Positions 45,666 through 55,339 are shown, counted from the stretch's first letter. The stretch: DNA of 64,000 bases from Clostridia bacterium (GCA_017504625.1 JAFVQU010000007.1:57275-121274), one strand, 5' to 3'. Numbers and translations are program-made. Notes: generated by a model not told the origin, from the letters alone.

Positions 45666-46883
45666 ATGGTAAATGTAGCAATTCTCGGCTTTGGCGTTGT
45701 TGGCTCAGGTGTTGCCGAGGTACTCACACAGAACAAAAAAATAATCGAAAACAAGCTTTCATGCGAGGTCAATATCAAGTATATCCTCGATCTTCGCGAA
45801 TTCCCCGGAAATCCCTTTGAATCGCTTGTTATTCATGATTTTAATATTATTCTTAACGATCCCGAGGTCAGCGTAGTCGCTGAAATGATGGGCGGCTCTC
45901 ACCCCGCTTATGACTTTTCAAAGGCGTGCCTTGAGGCAGGAAAAAGCGTTGTAACCTCTAACAAGGAGGTAGTTGCCAACTTTGGCGCGGAGCTTCTCGA
46001 TATCGCAAGGGCTCACGGCGTTGCATATCTTTTTGAGGCAAGCGTGGGCGGCGGCATTCCGATCATCAGACCTATGTGCAATGATCTTGCATCTAACAAT
46101 ATTGTTGAAGTAAGCGGTATCCTCAACGGTACGACGAACTATATTCTCACTAAAATGGCTACTGAGGGTGCAAGCTTTGAGGATGTTCTTCGTGATGCTC
46201 AGCACAAGGGTTATGCCGAGAGCAATCCCGCGGCGGACGTTGAAGGACTTGACGCGGCAAGAAAGATAGTTATCCTTGCGGCTCTCGCTTACGGAAAGCT
46301 TATTTCTCCAAATTCAATATATACTGAGGGTATAACCAACATCACGGGCGAGGACGTTGAGTTTGCCGCGGGCTTTGGCTACGCGCTCAAGCTTATCGGT
46401 CACGCCGAAAAGATAGACGGCAAGGCTCTGTGTATGGTTTCGCCCAGACTTATTCCCATGACCAATCCCCTTTCAAGCATTAACGACGTGTTCAACGGAA
46501 TTTTGCTTGACGGTGATATGGTCGGCAAGGTAATGTTCTATGGACCCGGTGCCGGCAAGCTTCCCACGGCAAGTGCGGTTTGCGCCGATATAGTTGATGC
46601 TATTGCCCACTCGGACGGCATTAAGCTCCCCGAGTTTGAGGTTGCGACTGAAGATGACATTGCTGACTTCGATAACTATTCCTGCCGCCGTATGTTTATT
46701 TTCGATAAGTGCGGAGATTGCACGCTTGACTCCAAGGTTGCCGAAAAGTGCTTGGGTTGCGAGATCGGTCAGTTTGCTGTCAAGGGTAACAGGGTTGCGC
46801 TCATAACCGAGGCTATGACCGAGGCAAAAGTGAAAGAGATTGCGGGCAAACTCAACAACTGCAAGGTATACAGACTTCTTTGA
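45666..46883 (+). CDS. hom: Homoserine dehydrogenase (with C-terminal ACT-like domain)
   Basis: The protein has the VAILGFGVVGSGV Rossmann motif and the catalytic region NGTTNYILTKM. An AAGGAAG RBS precedes ATG 45666. Confidence 0.9.
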   Translation: MVNVAILGFGVVGSGVAEVLTQNKKIIENKLSCEVNIKYILDLREFPGNPFESLVIHDFNIILNDPEVSVVAEMMGGSHPAYDFSKACLEAGKSVVTSNKEVVANFGAELLDIARAHGVAYLFEASVGGGIPIIRPMCNDLASNNIVEVSGILNGTTNYILTKMATEGASFEDVLRDAQHKGYAESNPAADVEGLDAARKIVILAALAYGKLISPNSIYTEGITNITGEDVEFAAGFGYALKLIGHAEKIDGKALCMVSPRLIPMTNPLSSINDVFNGILLDGDMVGKVMFYGPGAGKLPTASAVCADIVDAIAHSDGIKLPEFEVATEDDIADFDNYSCRRMFIFDKCGDCTLDSKVAEKCLGCEIGQFAVKGNRVALITEAMTEAKVKEIAGKLNNCKVYRLL

Positions 46884-46913
46884 TACTGACAAAGAAAGGC
46901 TTAGGATAGATAC

Positions 46914-47633
46914 TTGAATAAAAACAAAGGCTGTCTTTCGGGTATTATAGGCACCGTCTTCGTGGTGCTTGGAGTTGCCGCTTACGCGGTTATTTCATCT
47001 CTTATGAACAGGGTATTCATAGGGAATGCCCACGGTAATGACGTTGCATGCGCGCTTATGACCAAGTGGCTTACGGGCGTTGCTATCGCTTTTATACTCT
47101 ATGAGGCAATATTCATTCTCTGGCAGTTTGATATTTTAAAGAAAAGCAAATCGCAGGGTGATAACGGTAAAAGCAAAAAAACGCTTTTGATTATTGCCGC
47201 GGTGTGTATATGCGCTTCCTTGATCGTCGGTGTACTCTTTGCAAACACTTACGTTGATTGCCGCGAGGATTCAATAAATAAGGTCTGCTTCGTTACAACA
47301 AAGGAATACCGTTGGGACGACCGAAACGACGTTCTTCGTTATTCACTTTCCTGCGATGAAAACGGTGGTCTTTCGTTTCAGATTACGATGAAAGACGGAG
47401 AAGCCGTTGAGCTATTTGGAAACGTCACGTCCATATCCGATAGCTTCCGCGAAAAATACGATGCGGACAAGGTTGACCTGCTCTCATACGCTGCGTATCT
47501 CTCGGAGCAATTCGACAGTAGCGAATTCGTAATTGAAAAGAAGATCTCGGGAGTTGAATACATGACCGAGAAATATAAGGACTCAAATCCCGATATATGG
47601 GCTCAGCTTGAAAGAATAATAGGTGAGCCATAA
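46914..47633 (+). CDS. Hypothetical membrane protein
   Basis: The 239-aa product starts at TTG, has three predicted TM helices and then a soluble domain. No motif was recognised. Confidence 0.5.
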   Translation: MNKNKGCLSGIIGTVFVVLGVAAYAVISSLMNRVFIGNAHGNDVACALMTKWLTGVAIAFILYEAIFILWQFDILKKSKSQGDNGKSKKTLLIIAAVCICASLIVGVLFANTYVDCREDSINKVCFVTTKEYRWDDRNDVLRYSLSCDENGGLSFQITMKDGEAVELFGNVTSISDSFREKYDADKVDLLSYAAYLSEQFDSSEFVIEKKISGVEYMTEKYKDSNPDIWAQLERIIGEP

Positions 47634-47637
47634 AAAT

Positions 47638-47671
47638 GAAAATCTCCTTGGAGCATCCAAGGAGATTTTTT
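47638..47671. terminator. Bidirectional terminator between the hypothetical gene and rarA
   Basis: The stem atctccttgg / ccaaggagat is flanked by an A-run and a T-run. Confidence 0.85.
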
Positions 47672-47672
47672 A

Positions 47673-48890
47673 TTATTTACCTTTTATCTTCTTCCAGTAT
47701 TCCTCTGCCGCCTTTTCGGTCTTATTGTCACCGAAATAATAATATTTACGGTTTTTGAGGTCGTCGGGAAGATACTGCTGCTCAACGTATCGATTGGGAT
47801 AATCGTGAGGATATTTGTAGCCCTTGAAAAGCGGACTTTGTAGATGTATCGGCGGAACGTTGCCTCTGCCCGCTCTTACGTCCTCAAGCGCCGCGTCAAC
47901 CGCGAGATGCTGTGTGTTCGATTTGGGTAAGGTTGCAAGCATTATCGCGGCATGACCGAGAGGAATTCGTGCCTCGGGGAGTCCGAGCTCACGCGCAGAG
48001 TCGCAACAAGCCTTTACTATCGCGGGGGCTTGGGGGTATGCAAGACCGATATCCTCGCACGCGATGACCTGAAGTCTGCGGCAGAGCGAGATAATATCCC
48101 CCTGCTCGACCATTTTAGCAACGTAGAATGCCGCGGCATCGGGATCTGAGCCCCTGATAGATTTTTGCAAACAACCGAGCATATCGTAATGAACGTCGTC
48201 GTTGTAATTTCCAACACCGTAGTTGAATTTATCAGCATCCTCGGGAATTATCTCGCCCTCAGCGGCAAAATACGCATTTTCAAAGAGCCCTATCGAGCGT
48301 CTTACGTCCCCGCCTGCCGCACGAGCTATGTATTCAATTGTTTTTTCGCTCACCGTCTTTTCGGTGCCGTTCTCTTTATTGAGATAATCAAGCGCGCGGT
48401 AAAGCATCTTGGCACACTCGGATGACGCTACGGGCTTGAACTCAAAGAGCGAGGAGCGCGAAATTATAGCGTTATATACGTAAAAATGTGGATTTTCGGT
48501 GGTAGACGCGATAAGCGTTACACGCCCGTCCTCGATATATTCAAGCAAGGATTGTTGCTGCTTGCGGTTAAAATACTGTATCTCGTCGATGTATAGCAAA
48601 ACTCCGCGCTGACCGAAAAGATTTCCCGAGCCGCGCAAGACCTCTTTCACATCGGCGGTCGATGCGCTTGTCGCGTTCAGCTTATGAAAATCCATATCAG
48701 AATGCTTTGCTATAATACTGGCGGCAGTAGTTTTCCCCGTTCCGGGAGGGCCGAAAAAGATCATATTTGTGATCCTTCCGCCTTCAAGCATTCGTCTTAT
48801 AACTCCGCGTTCGCCGAATAAATGCTCCTGACCGACTATATCGTCGATAGTCTGAGGCCTTAAGAGATCGGCAAGCTGTGCGTTTCTCAT
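47673..48890 (-). CDS. rarA: Replication-associated recombination protein A (MgsA/RarA AAA+ ATPase)
   Basis: The protein has Walker A GPPGTGKTT, DEIQYFNRKQQ and a C-terminal MgsA domain (HLQSPLFKGYKYPHDY). Confidence 0.9.
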   Translation of the reverse strand: MRNAQLADLLRPQTIDDIVGQEHLFGERGVIRRMLEGGRITNMIFFGPPGTGKTTAASIIAKHSDMDFHKLNATSASTADVKEVLRGSGNLFGQRGVLLYIDEIQYFNRKQQQSLLEYIEDGRVTLIASTTENPHFYVYNAIISRSSLFEFKPVASSECAKMLYRALDYLNKENGTEKTVSEKTIEYIARAAGGDVRRSIGLFENAYFAAEGEIIPEDADKFNYGVGNYNDDVHYDMLGCLQKSIRGSDPDAAAFYVAKMVEQGDIISLCRRLQVIACEDIGLAYPQAPAIVKACCDSARELGLPEARIPLGHAAIMLATLPKSNTQHLAVDAALEDVRAGRGNVPPIHLQSPLFKGYKYPHDYPNRYVEQQYLPDDLKNRKYYYFGDNKTEKAAEEYWKKIKGK

Positions 48891-48909
48891 CTATTTACTC
48901 CGTTTCTGT

Positions 48910-49836
48910 TTATTTAAATACGTCCGAGGAAAGATATCTCTCGCCTGTGTCGGGGAGAATTACAACGATATTCTTTCCTTTATTTTCAGGGCTTTTCGCA
49001 ATTTTGACAGCAGCCGCAAGAGCCGCGCCTGAGGATATTCCCGCGAGTAGTCCCTCTTCTTCAGCTAATTCCCGACAAACCCAATATGCGTCACTGTCAT
49101 CAACCGTTATAATCTCGTCTACAAGGTCAAGGTCAAGTATATCCGGTTTAAATCCTGCGCCTATTCCTTGAATTTTATGATTTCCTGCAATTCCCTTTGT
49201 CAAATAGGGCGAATTAGCAGGCTCAACGCCTATAACCTTAATGTTTTTGTTCTTCTCTTTAAGATATTTCGCCGTACCAGTTATCGTACCGCCCGTACCG
49301 ATGCAAGAAATAAAAATATCAATTTCACCGTCGGTATCATTCCATATTTCAGGGCCCGTGGTTTTGTAGTGTGCGTTGGGATTTGATGCATTGACGAACT
49401 GTCCCGCAATAATTGAGTTAGCTATTTTGGCGTGAAGTCTTTCCGCCTCGGCGATAGCACCTCTCATTCCCAATTGTCCGTCAGTAAGAACCAGCTCTGC
49501 TCCGTATGCTTTCATAAGAGTTCTGCGCTCGATCGACATCGTGTCAGGCATAACTATTATCGCCTCATAACCCTTTGACGCGCAGATCGCGGCAATTCCG
49601 ATTCCAGTATTACCCGACGTGGGCTCTATTATTGTTGCCCCCTCAACAAGTCTGCCATCCTTCTCCGCCGCCTCTATCATTTCTTTGGCAACTCTGTCCT
49701 TGACAGAACCAGCGGGATTGAAAAACTCGATCTTGGCGTATATAGCGGCTTCAAGCTCGTTGTAATCCTCTACGTTGTGTAATCTTAACAACGGTGTATT
49801 TCCTACAAGCTCATCTATACAATTAAATATCTTCAT
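48910..49836 (-). CDS. cysK: Cysteine synthase A (O-acetylserine sulfhydrylase)
   Basis: The PLP-lysine motif NPAGSVKDR and the loop TSGNTGIG are present. Confidence 0.92.
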   Translation of the reverse strand: MKIFNCIDELVGNTPLLRLHNVEDYNELEAAIYAKIEFFNPAGSVKDRVAKEMIEAAEKDGRLVEGATIIEPTSGNTGIGIAAICASKGYEAIIVMPDTMSIERRTLMKAYGAELVLTDGQLGMRGAIAEAERLHAKIANSIIAGQFVNASNPNAHYKTTGPEIWNDTDGEIDIFISCIGTGGTITGTAKYLKEKNKNIKVIGVEPANSPYLTKGIAGNHKIQGIGAGFKPDILDLDLVDEIITVDDSDAYWVCRELAEEEGLLAGISSGAALAAAVKIAKSPENKGKNIVVILPDTGERYLSSDVFK

Positions 49837-49872
49837 ATATAAGCACCTCTCTGTGCAACAAACTCCTTTATA

Positions 49873-49901
49873 ATTATATCATTCCAAATCTGATTTGTCA
49901 A
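49873..49901 (-). promoter_or_regulatory. Sigma-A type promoter of cysK (TTGACA-17-TATAAT)
   Basis: On the minus strand, TTGACA (49901-49896) and TATAAT (49878-49873) are separated by 17 nt. Confidence 0.75.
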
Positions 49902-50025
49902 GAAAACGATAACGTATCTCTCCCCTTTATCATCAAATTAAACAAATTTATTTAACAAAAGCAATACATATAATTATAAATTATTACAAAAATGAATAAT
50001 TGATTATTTTTTTATAGAAAAGCTA

Positions 50026-50053
50026 TTGACAAATTCTCTATTTTTGCTATAAT
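50026..50053 (+). promoter_or_regulatory. Sigma-A type promoter of feoA (TTGACA-16-TATAAT)
   Basis: TTGACA at 50026-50031 and TATAAT at 50048-50053 are separated by a 16-nt spacer. Confidence 0.75.
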
Positions 50054-50060
50054 TATCTAT

Positions 50061-50078
50061 AGTTAGCATATGCTAACT
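50061..50078. promoter_or_regulatory. 18-bp perfect palindrome (candidate operator) just downstream of the feoA -10
   Basis: AGTTAGCATATGCTAACT is perfectly self-complementary and starts 8 nt after the -10 hexamer. Confidence 0.6.
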
Positions 50079-50104
50079 CTCAAGATATATGAATGGAGAT
50101 TCTT

Positions 50105-50320
50105 ATGAATTTGAAAGACGCCATTGAAGGTAAGGAATATATAATTCAGGATATAATTACCGAGGACGAGGAGCTTGATTTCTTTCTCTTCTCTCTCGGA
50201 TGCTACAGCGGTGAACCCATCACGGTGATATCCCACTTAAGACACAGCTCTATCGTTTCTATAAAGGACGGCAGATACAGTATAGATAAGGATCTTGCGT
50301 CAGCTATTACGGTTGCCTAA
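50105..50320 (+). CDS. feoA: Ferrous iron transport protein A
   Basis: The product is a small SH3-like FeoA protein (YIIQDI...GEPITVISH...SIKDGRYSI). A GGAGA RBS precedes ATG 50105. The track ORF starts at 50093. Confidence 0.85.
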   Translation: MNLKDAIEGKEYIIQDIITEDEELDFFLFSLGCYSGEPITVISHLRHSSIVSIKDGRYSIDKDLASAITVA

Positions 50321-50350
50321 GCAAGCCTATCAATTATTTTTTTGAGGTTT

Positions 50351-50368
50351 GGTTAGCGGATGCTAACT
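50351..50368. promoter_or_regulatory. Second copy of the palindrome, in the feoA-feoB spacer
   Basis: GGTTAGCGGATGCTAACT has perfect GTTAGC/GCTAAC arms and matches the first copy at 15 of 18 positions. Confidence 0.55.
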
Positions 50369-50411
50369 CCACCTCGACGTACACATAAAACACACATATA
50401 CGAGGATAAAA

Positions 50412-52481
50412 ATGAGAATTGCACTTGCAGGAAATCCCAATAGCGGTAAGACGACTATGTATAATGCTCTTACCGGACAAAACGAGCGCGTAGGAAACTG
50501 GGCAGGCGTTACCGTCGATAAGAACGAGCATCCAGTAAAGAAAAGCTATTACAAGGGTGAAGATAATCTTATCGCAGTTGACCTTCCCGGCGCTTATTCT
50601 ATGTCGCCCTTTACAAGTGAAGAAAGCATAACGAGAGATTATATCCAAAACGAGCACCCGGACGCAATTATAAACATAGTTGACGCAACTAACCTGAGCC
50701 GCAGCTTGTTTTTTACGACCCAGCTGCTTGAGCTTGGCATTCCTATGGTAGTCGCGCTCAACAAATCGGACATAAATAAGAAGAAGGAAACAAGGATAAA
50801 CGCAGATGCATTATCCCAAATACTTAACTGCCCCGTAATCGACACTGCGTCGATAGTCGGTGACGGTCTTGCCGAATTAATTGACGCGGCTTTATCGGTT
50901 ATCGGTAAAGAGCAGACCGCGCCATTTACAAACGGCAACGTAGACCTTGCCGACAAGACTGCGGTAACCGAAGCAGACAAGCGAAGATTTGCCTTTGTCA
51001 ACGATGCGGTCAAAAAGGTTGAACGCAGAAAGATATTCACAAAAAACAAAAACGCGCAGGACAAGATCGATGCGCTTTTAACTAACAGATGGCTCGGGCT
51101 CCCGATATTTGCCGTGGTCATGTTTCTCGTTTTTCAAATCTCGCAATCCTGGCTTGGCGCATGGATAGCCGAGGGCTACGTATTTAACGAGGGCTTGGAA
51201 AATGAATTTGCTATCCCCGGACTCGTAACTCTTATCGACATGCTTGGAGGATGGGTTGCGGGACTTATGGAAAACGCAAATCCCCTGCTCTCCTCAATTA
51301 TCGTTGACGGAATTATTGGCGGAGTTGGCGCGGTAGTGGGATTTTTGCCACTCGTCATGGTAATGTACTTCCTCATCGGACTTCTTGAGGATTGCGGATA
51401 TATGGCGCGCGCAACCGTTGTTCTTGACCCTATCTTCAAGAAGGTCGGTCTTTCAGGAAAATCCGTAATTCCCTTCGTGGTTGGTACAGGTTGTACCGTT
51501 CCCGGAGTTATGGCGTGCAGAACTATCAAAAACGAGCGTGAACGCAGAGCTACCGCGATGCTGGCTCCCTTTATGCCTTGCGGCGCAAAGCTCCCCGTAA
51601 TTTCTCTCTTTGCTGGCGCATTCTTTGGAAAAAGCCGCTGGGTCGGAGTATCAATGTACTTCGTCGGAATAATCATCATTCTTCTTTGCGCACTTCTTGT
51701 AAATAAGCTTACGGGAAACAAGAAGAAAAAGTCATATTTTATCATTGAGCTTCCCGAATACAAGCTTCCCTCGCTCGGCAAAGCAGGAATATCGATGCTT
51801 CAGCGTGGATGGTCTTACATTGTAAAGGCGGGAACTGTTATTCTCGTTTGTAATTTCGTAATACAGCTTATGCAGTCGTTCAACTGGAGATTTACTCCTA
51901 TTGAAAACGCAAGTGAATCGATTTTAGCATCGATCGCACAGCCATTTGCATACGTCGTGGCTCCCATCGTCGGTGTGGTAGCATGGCAGCTCGCCGCGGC
52001 AGCTATTACAGGCTTTATCGCCAAGGAAAACGTTGTTGGCACGCTTGCGGTATGCTTTGTCGGACTTGAAAATCTTATCAACACGGATGAGCTTGCTCTT
52101 ATGGAGGGTGCGGGAGCTGAGGTTGCAGGCATTATGGCAATCACCAAGGTGGCATCTCTCGCATATCTTATGTTCAATCTTTTCACTCCTCCCTGCTTCG
52201 CCGCAATAGGAGCGATGAGAGCCGAGCTTAAGAGCGCAAAGTGGCTTTGGGCAGGCATAGGACTTCAATTTGGAGTCGGATACTCCGTTGCGTTCCTCGT
52301 TTTCTTCTTCGGCTCACTTATAACAGGCACGGGCTTTGGTAACGCCTTGTGGATGCCGATTCTCGGCTGGAGCATAGTAGCAATTTTTGCAATAGTTCTA
52401 ACCGTGCTTATTATCAAAAGAAATATTGAGCTTAAAAAAGAAGAAAAAGCAAAAGAATTAAATGAAGCATTAACGGTATAA
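50412..52481 (+). CDS. feoB: Ferrous iron transporter B
   Basis: An N-terminal G-domain (GNPNSGKTT) is followed by a polytopic membrane domain. The product is 689 aa. Confidence 0.93.
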   Translation: MRIALAGNPNSGKTTMYNALTGQNERVGNWAGVTVDKNEHPVKKSYYKGEDNLIAVDLPGAYSMSPFTSEESITRDYIQNEHPDAIINIVDATNLSRSLFFTTQLLELGIPMVVALNKSDINKKKETRINADALSQILNCPVIDTASIVGDGLAELIDAALSVIGKEQTAPFTNGNVDLADKTAVTEADKRRFAFVNDAVKKVERRKIFTKNKNAQDKIDALLTNRWLGLPIFAVVMFLVFQISQSWLGAWIAEGYVFNEGLENEFAIPGLVTLIDMLGGWVAGLMENANPLLSSIIVDGIIGGVGAVVGFLPLVMVMYFLIGLLEDCGYMARATVVLDPIFKKVGLSGKSVIPFVVGTGCTVPGVMACRTIKNERERRATAMLAPFMPCGAKLPVISLFAGAFFGKSRWVGVSMYFVGIIIILLCALLVNKLTGNKKKKSYFIIELPEYKLPSLGKAGISMLQRGWSYIVKAGTVILVCNFVIQLMQSFNWRFTPIENASESILASIAQPFAYVVAPIVGVVAWQLAAAAITGFIAKENVVGTLAVCFVGLENLINTDELALMEGAGAEVAGIMAITKVASLAYLMFNLFTPPCFAAIGAMRAELKSAKWLWAGIGLQFGVGYSVAFLVFFFGSLITGTGFGNALWMPILGWSIVAIFAIVLTVLIIKRNIELKKEEKAKELNEALTV

Positions 52482-52485
52482 AATT

Positions 52486-52653
52486 ATGATTGATTATATA
52501 ATAATCGCGGTAATAGCAGTGATAGTCGGTCTGGCGATATGGTATATCGTCAGAGAGAAAAAGCGCGGCAAGAAATGCATCGGTTGTCCTTACGCCAACT
52601 CATGCAACTCCTGCTCCTGCGCATCACAAAAGGAAAAACAAGGAAAGGGCTAA
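52486..52653 (+). CDS. FeoB-associated Cys-rich small membrane protein (55 aa; not in the supplied ORF track)
   Basis: Hand translation gives MIDYIIIAVIAVIVGLAIWYIVREKKRGKKCIGCPYANSCNSCSCASQKEKQGKG. This is one TM helix plus a Cys-rich tail. The ORF starts 5 nt after the feoB stop and ends 1 nt before the next ATG. Confidence 0.7.
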   Translation: MIDYIIIAVIAVIVGLAIWYIVREKKRGKKCIGCPYANSCNSCSCASQKEKQGKG

Positions 52654-52654
52654 T

Positions 52655-53314
52655 ATGATAACATACAAGGAAATAAGAAGCAACGAAACGATCCGCACGT
52701 ACGTTCAGAGTGCTGATGCGTCACTTGCAGCTCTTGGATTTACCGAGCATAGCTTCGCTCACGTCACTCACGTTGCGGAGATGGCGGGAAATATTCTGTC
52801 CGAGCTTGGTTACGATGAAAGAACGGTCGAAATTACTAAGATTGCAGGATTTTTGCACGATATCGGCAATCTCGTCAACAGAGTTGACCACTCGCAAAGC
52901 GGCGCGATTATCGCGTTCAGAATACTCGACAAAATGGGTATGGAGCCCCAAGAGATGGCAAAGATCGTTGCCGCTATCGGAAATCACGACGAGGGCACTG
53001 GTGTTCCCGTAAGTCCACTTGCAGCTGCTCTTATCATTGCCGATAAGTCGGACGTAAGACGCTCGCGAGTGCGTGAAAAGGATCTTAACGTTCATGATAT
53101 TCACGATAGGGTAAACTATTCTGTAACCGCTTCTAAGCTCTTGCTTAACAAGGCTACATCAGAAATCACCCTTAAGCTTACGATTGATACGACCTACAGC
53201 TCAGTCATGGACTATTTTGAGATCTTCCTCAGCCGTATGCTTATGTGCAAGAAAGCGGCAGACACGCTTGGACTTCAGTTCAGACTTAATATAAACGGTC
53301 AGCTTTTGCTATAA
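52655..53314 (+). CDS. HD domain-containing phosphohydrolase
   Basis: The HD motifs H...HD...D are present (FAHVTHVAEMAG and GFLHDIGN). The gene is tightly coupled to the feo genes. Confidence 0.75.
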   Translation: MITYKEIRSNETIRTYVQSADASLAALGFTEHSFAHVTHVAEMAGNILSELGYDERTVEITKIAGFLHDIGNLVNRVDHSQSGAIIAFRILDKMGMEPQEMAKIVAAIGNHDEGTGVPVSPLAAALIIADKSDVRRSRVREKDLNVHDIHDRVNYSVTASKLLLNKATSEITLKLTIDTTYSSVMDYFEIFLSRMLMCKKAADTLGLQFRLNINGQLLL

Positions 53315-53315
53315 T

Positions 53316-53346
53316 AAAAAATCCGTTGCTCAGGCAACGGATTTTT
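53316..53346. terminator. Bidirectional terminator shared by the HD gene and the convergent membrane-protein gene
   Basis: The stem aatccgttgc / gcaacggatt is flanked by an A-run and a T-run. It overlaps the last codons of the minus-strand gene. Confidence 0.8.
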
Positions 53347-54043
53347 CTTTTATTTGCTTACGTTTATTGATGATATATCCGAGAGTAGAAATTATAAACG
53401 CCGCGGCGGCGTCAATTATCAGATCCTTCATCGTATCCGAAAGCGCATCGTGACCTATCAGCTCAATACCGTCTGCAGTTCTGACCTTTTGCATATTAAG
53501 TCCCAAAAACGAATCAAATGAAAACTCGTACACTTCCCACAACGCGCCGATAGAAAGCGCAAAGGAGAACGCAAAAAGTGAGATGAAAAACGGTGTTAGT
53601 GATACCTTGACGTGACTATCCTTGTTCAAGAAGTCAACAAGCACAAATCCAAGCGCCCCGAGCATTGCGCCCGAAAAGGCGTGGAGCATCGTGTCCCAAT
53701 GAGGCACAACGTAATAAAAATCAAGCACCTCGCCAAGAAATATGGCGCAATAAAGGAAAATATAATAAAGTATGCATATCGTACCCGGAACGACTACGTT
53801 AAATTTGCGCGAAACTATCCATGGCAGACACATCACTACAAGACCGACCGAGCATTGCACCAGCATAAGAAGATAATCGCTCTTGACCTTTTCGTACTCC
53901 TCTCCCGTAGGCTCACTCGGTGCGGCAATAAATTTCACAAAAGAAAACACAACCGAAAAAACAAGAGATATAAGCAAAATAATACTTACTATTTCCCTTA
54001 CGCTATAACGCCTTTTCCTTTTTAGTCCTTTTGATCTTCCCAT
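53330..54043 (-). CDS. Hypothetical polytopic membrane protein
   Basis: The 237-aa product has about 6 TM helices. I did not recognise the family with confidence. Confidence 0.5.
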   Translation of the reverse strand: MGRSKGLKRKRRYSVREIVSIILLISLVFSVVFSFVKFIAAPSEPTGEEYEKVKSDYLLMLVQCSVGLVVMCLPWIVSRKFNVVVPGTICILYYIFLYCAIFLGEVLDFYYVVPHWDTMLHAFSGAMLGALGFVLVDFLNKDSHVKVSLTPFFISLFAFSFALSIGALWEVYEFSFDSFLGLNMQKVRTADGIELIGHDALSDTMKDLIIDAAAAFIISTLGYIINKRKQIKEKSVA

Positions 54044-54184
54044 TTTTCCCTCCGCATCGTAGATACTATATTATTATCCATATTATAACAATCCATTCTC
54101 ACTTATGCAAGATTTATAGGGATTTGTTTCCAGAAAAGTTAAGGAGTTAAAAGAAAAATCATATTGTTAAAAAAATTTAAAAAA

Positions 54185-54208
54185 GAACGCCCGAGGGCGT
54201 TCTTTTTT
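54185..54208 (-). terminator. Terminator of the MBOAT/DHHW operon
   Basis: On the minus strand, the stem gaacgccc / gggcgttc is followed by TTTTTTAAATTTTTTT. Confidence 0.85.
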
Positions 54209-54211
54209 CTT

Positions 54212-55339
54212 TTATTTAAATGTTTTATTGAAATCGGGGGAGTTAATTACAGATGCAGAGTAAATGAAAAGTACGTCCATATCTGTAAAATCACCGATCA
54301 TAGGACAAAGCTGATAGGGTGACATATAACGAATATCGGCAACGTAAACCGTCTTGTAACCCTCTGCAAGAAGGGGGGCGAGGCTGGAACCGAATGAATC
54401 TCTGAACACGACGAGAGATTTATCCGTGGTTGCATTCGGATTTTCAATTCTTAACAAAACCTTGCTTCCCGAAAGGAATAATTCGTATGCATCATCTCCA
54501 TTGACCTTGTCAAGATTGTAGATCGGCAACGTCTTGGATAAGTTCTCATAGTCGTATACAATACAAGAATCAAGTATTTCATTTGAAAGATATACTATCT
54601 TATCAGGATCGGGATTAATAGCACTCTGACCGTAGTAAACGCCATAAAAGTCGGAAACCTCATGCTTGTCATAATATCCGGACGGGTTGAAATCCATGCC
54701 CATTGCATTAGATATTTTTTCTGCAACGTCAATAATCTTGTCCTGACTCCAGTGTGTATCAGTCTTATAATAATCGGAAAGCTCAAGAGAGTTCATTATA
54801 TCAATATATTCCATCTCGCTGAGATTTTCTTTCATTATCTCAATCAACTTGTTATAATCAACAGAAGGATATCCGAATTGCTCACCTGCAAAATAGCTCT
54901 TATCGGGAATTATTGAAAAATACACGTTTGTATTTTTTCCCTTGAGATATCTGTCATATATTGTATTGAACTTCTTGCCGGCAGCATTCAAGCTATCTTC
55001 ATAAAGGGTATTCTCAACCTTAATTATCTGTCCGTCAATTATCGTGAGCTTATTGTTCTCTTTAAGTCCAAGAACGTTATACTGGAAATTTGCTTTTATA
55101 CCGCGGAAGAACTCACGGAAAGGAAACTGATCAACGCTTGCGCTTTCAAATTTGCTTATATCCGTCTTGTCAACAATTCCTTCCCAAGTTATCTCCTCGG
55201 GAAATTGAGCCAAGGGACGACGCTCTGCGACCGATGTTGCCTCGGGGTTAAAATATCCGTAAACACACATTATTGCAAAAAATGCCAAAAATGCTGAAAA
55301 CACAGAGGTCACAACTATATTTTTAATTTTATCACACAT
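54212..55339 (-). CDS. DHHW family protein (AlgJ/AlgX/DltD-like extracytoplasmic O-acyl transfer partner)
   Basis: The protein has an N-terminal TM anchor and the motif YYKTDTHWSQ, a DHHW-type signature. The gene lies directly downstream of the MBOAT gene. Confidence 0.75.
   Translation of the reverse strand: MCDKIKNIVVTSVFSAFLAFFAIMCVYGYFNPEATSVAERRPLAQFPEEITWEGIVDKTDISKFESASVDQFPFREFFRGIKANFQYNVLGLKENNKLTIIDGQIIKVENTLYEDSLNAAGKKFNTIYDRYLKGKNTNVYFSIIPDKSYFAGEQFGYPSVDYNKLIEIMKENLSEMEYIDIMNSLELSDYYKTDTHWSQDKIIDVAEKISNAMGMDFNPSGYYDKHEVSDFYGVYYGQSAINPDPDKIVYLSNEILDSCIVYDYENLSKTLPIYNLDKVNGDDAYELFLSGSKVLLRIENPNATTDKSLVVFRDSFGSSLAPLLAEGYKTVYVADIRYMSPYQLCPMIGDFTDMDVLFIYSASVINSPDFNKTFK

Noticed and set aside
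50334-50657. A 107-aa minus-strand ORF spans the feoA-feoB spacer and the feoB start.
   Set aside because: It overlaps the well-supported feoB G-domain coding region and the palindromic spacer. It has no RBS and no motifs.
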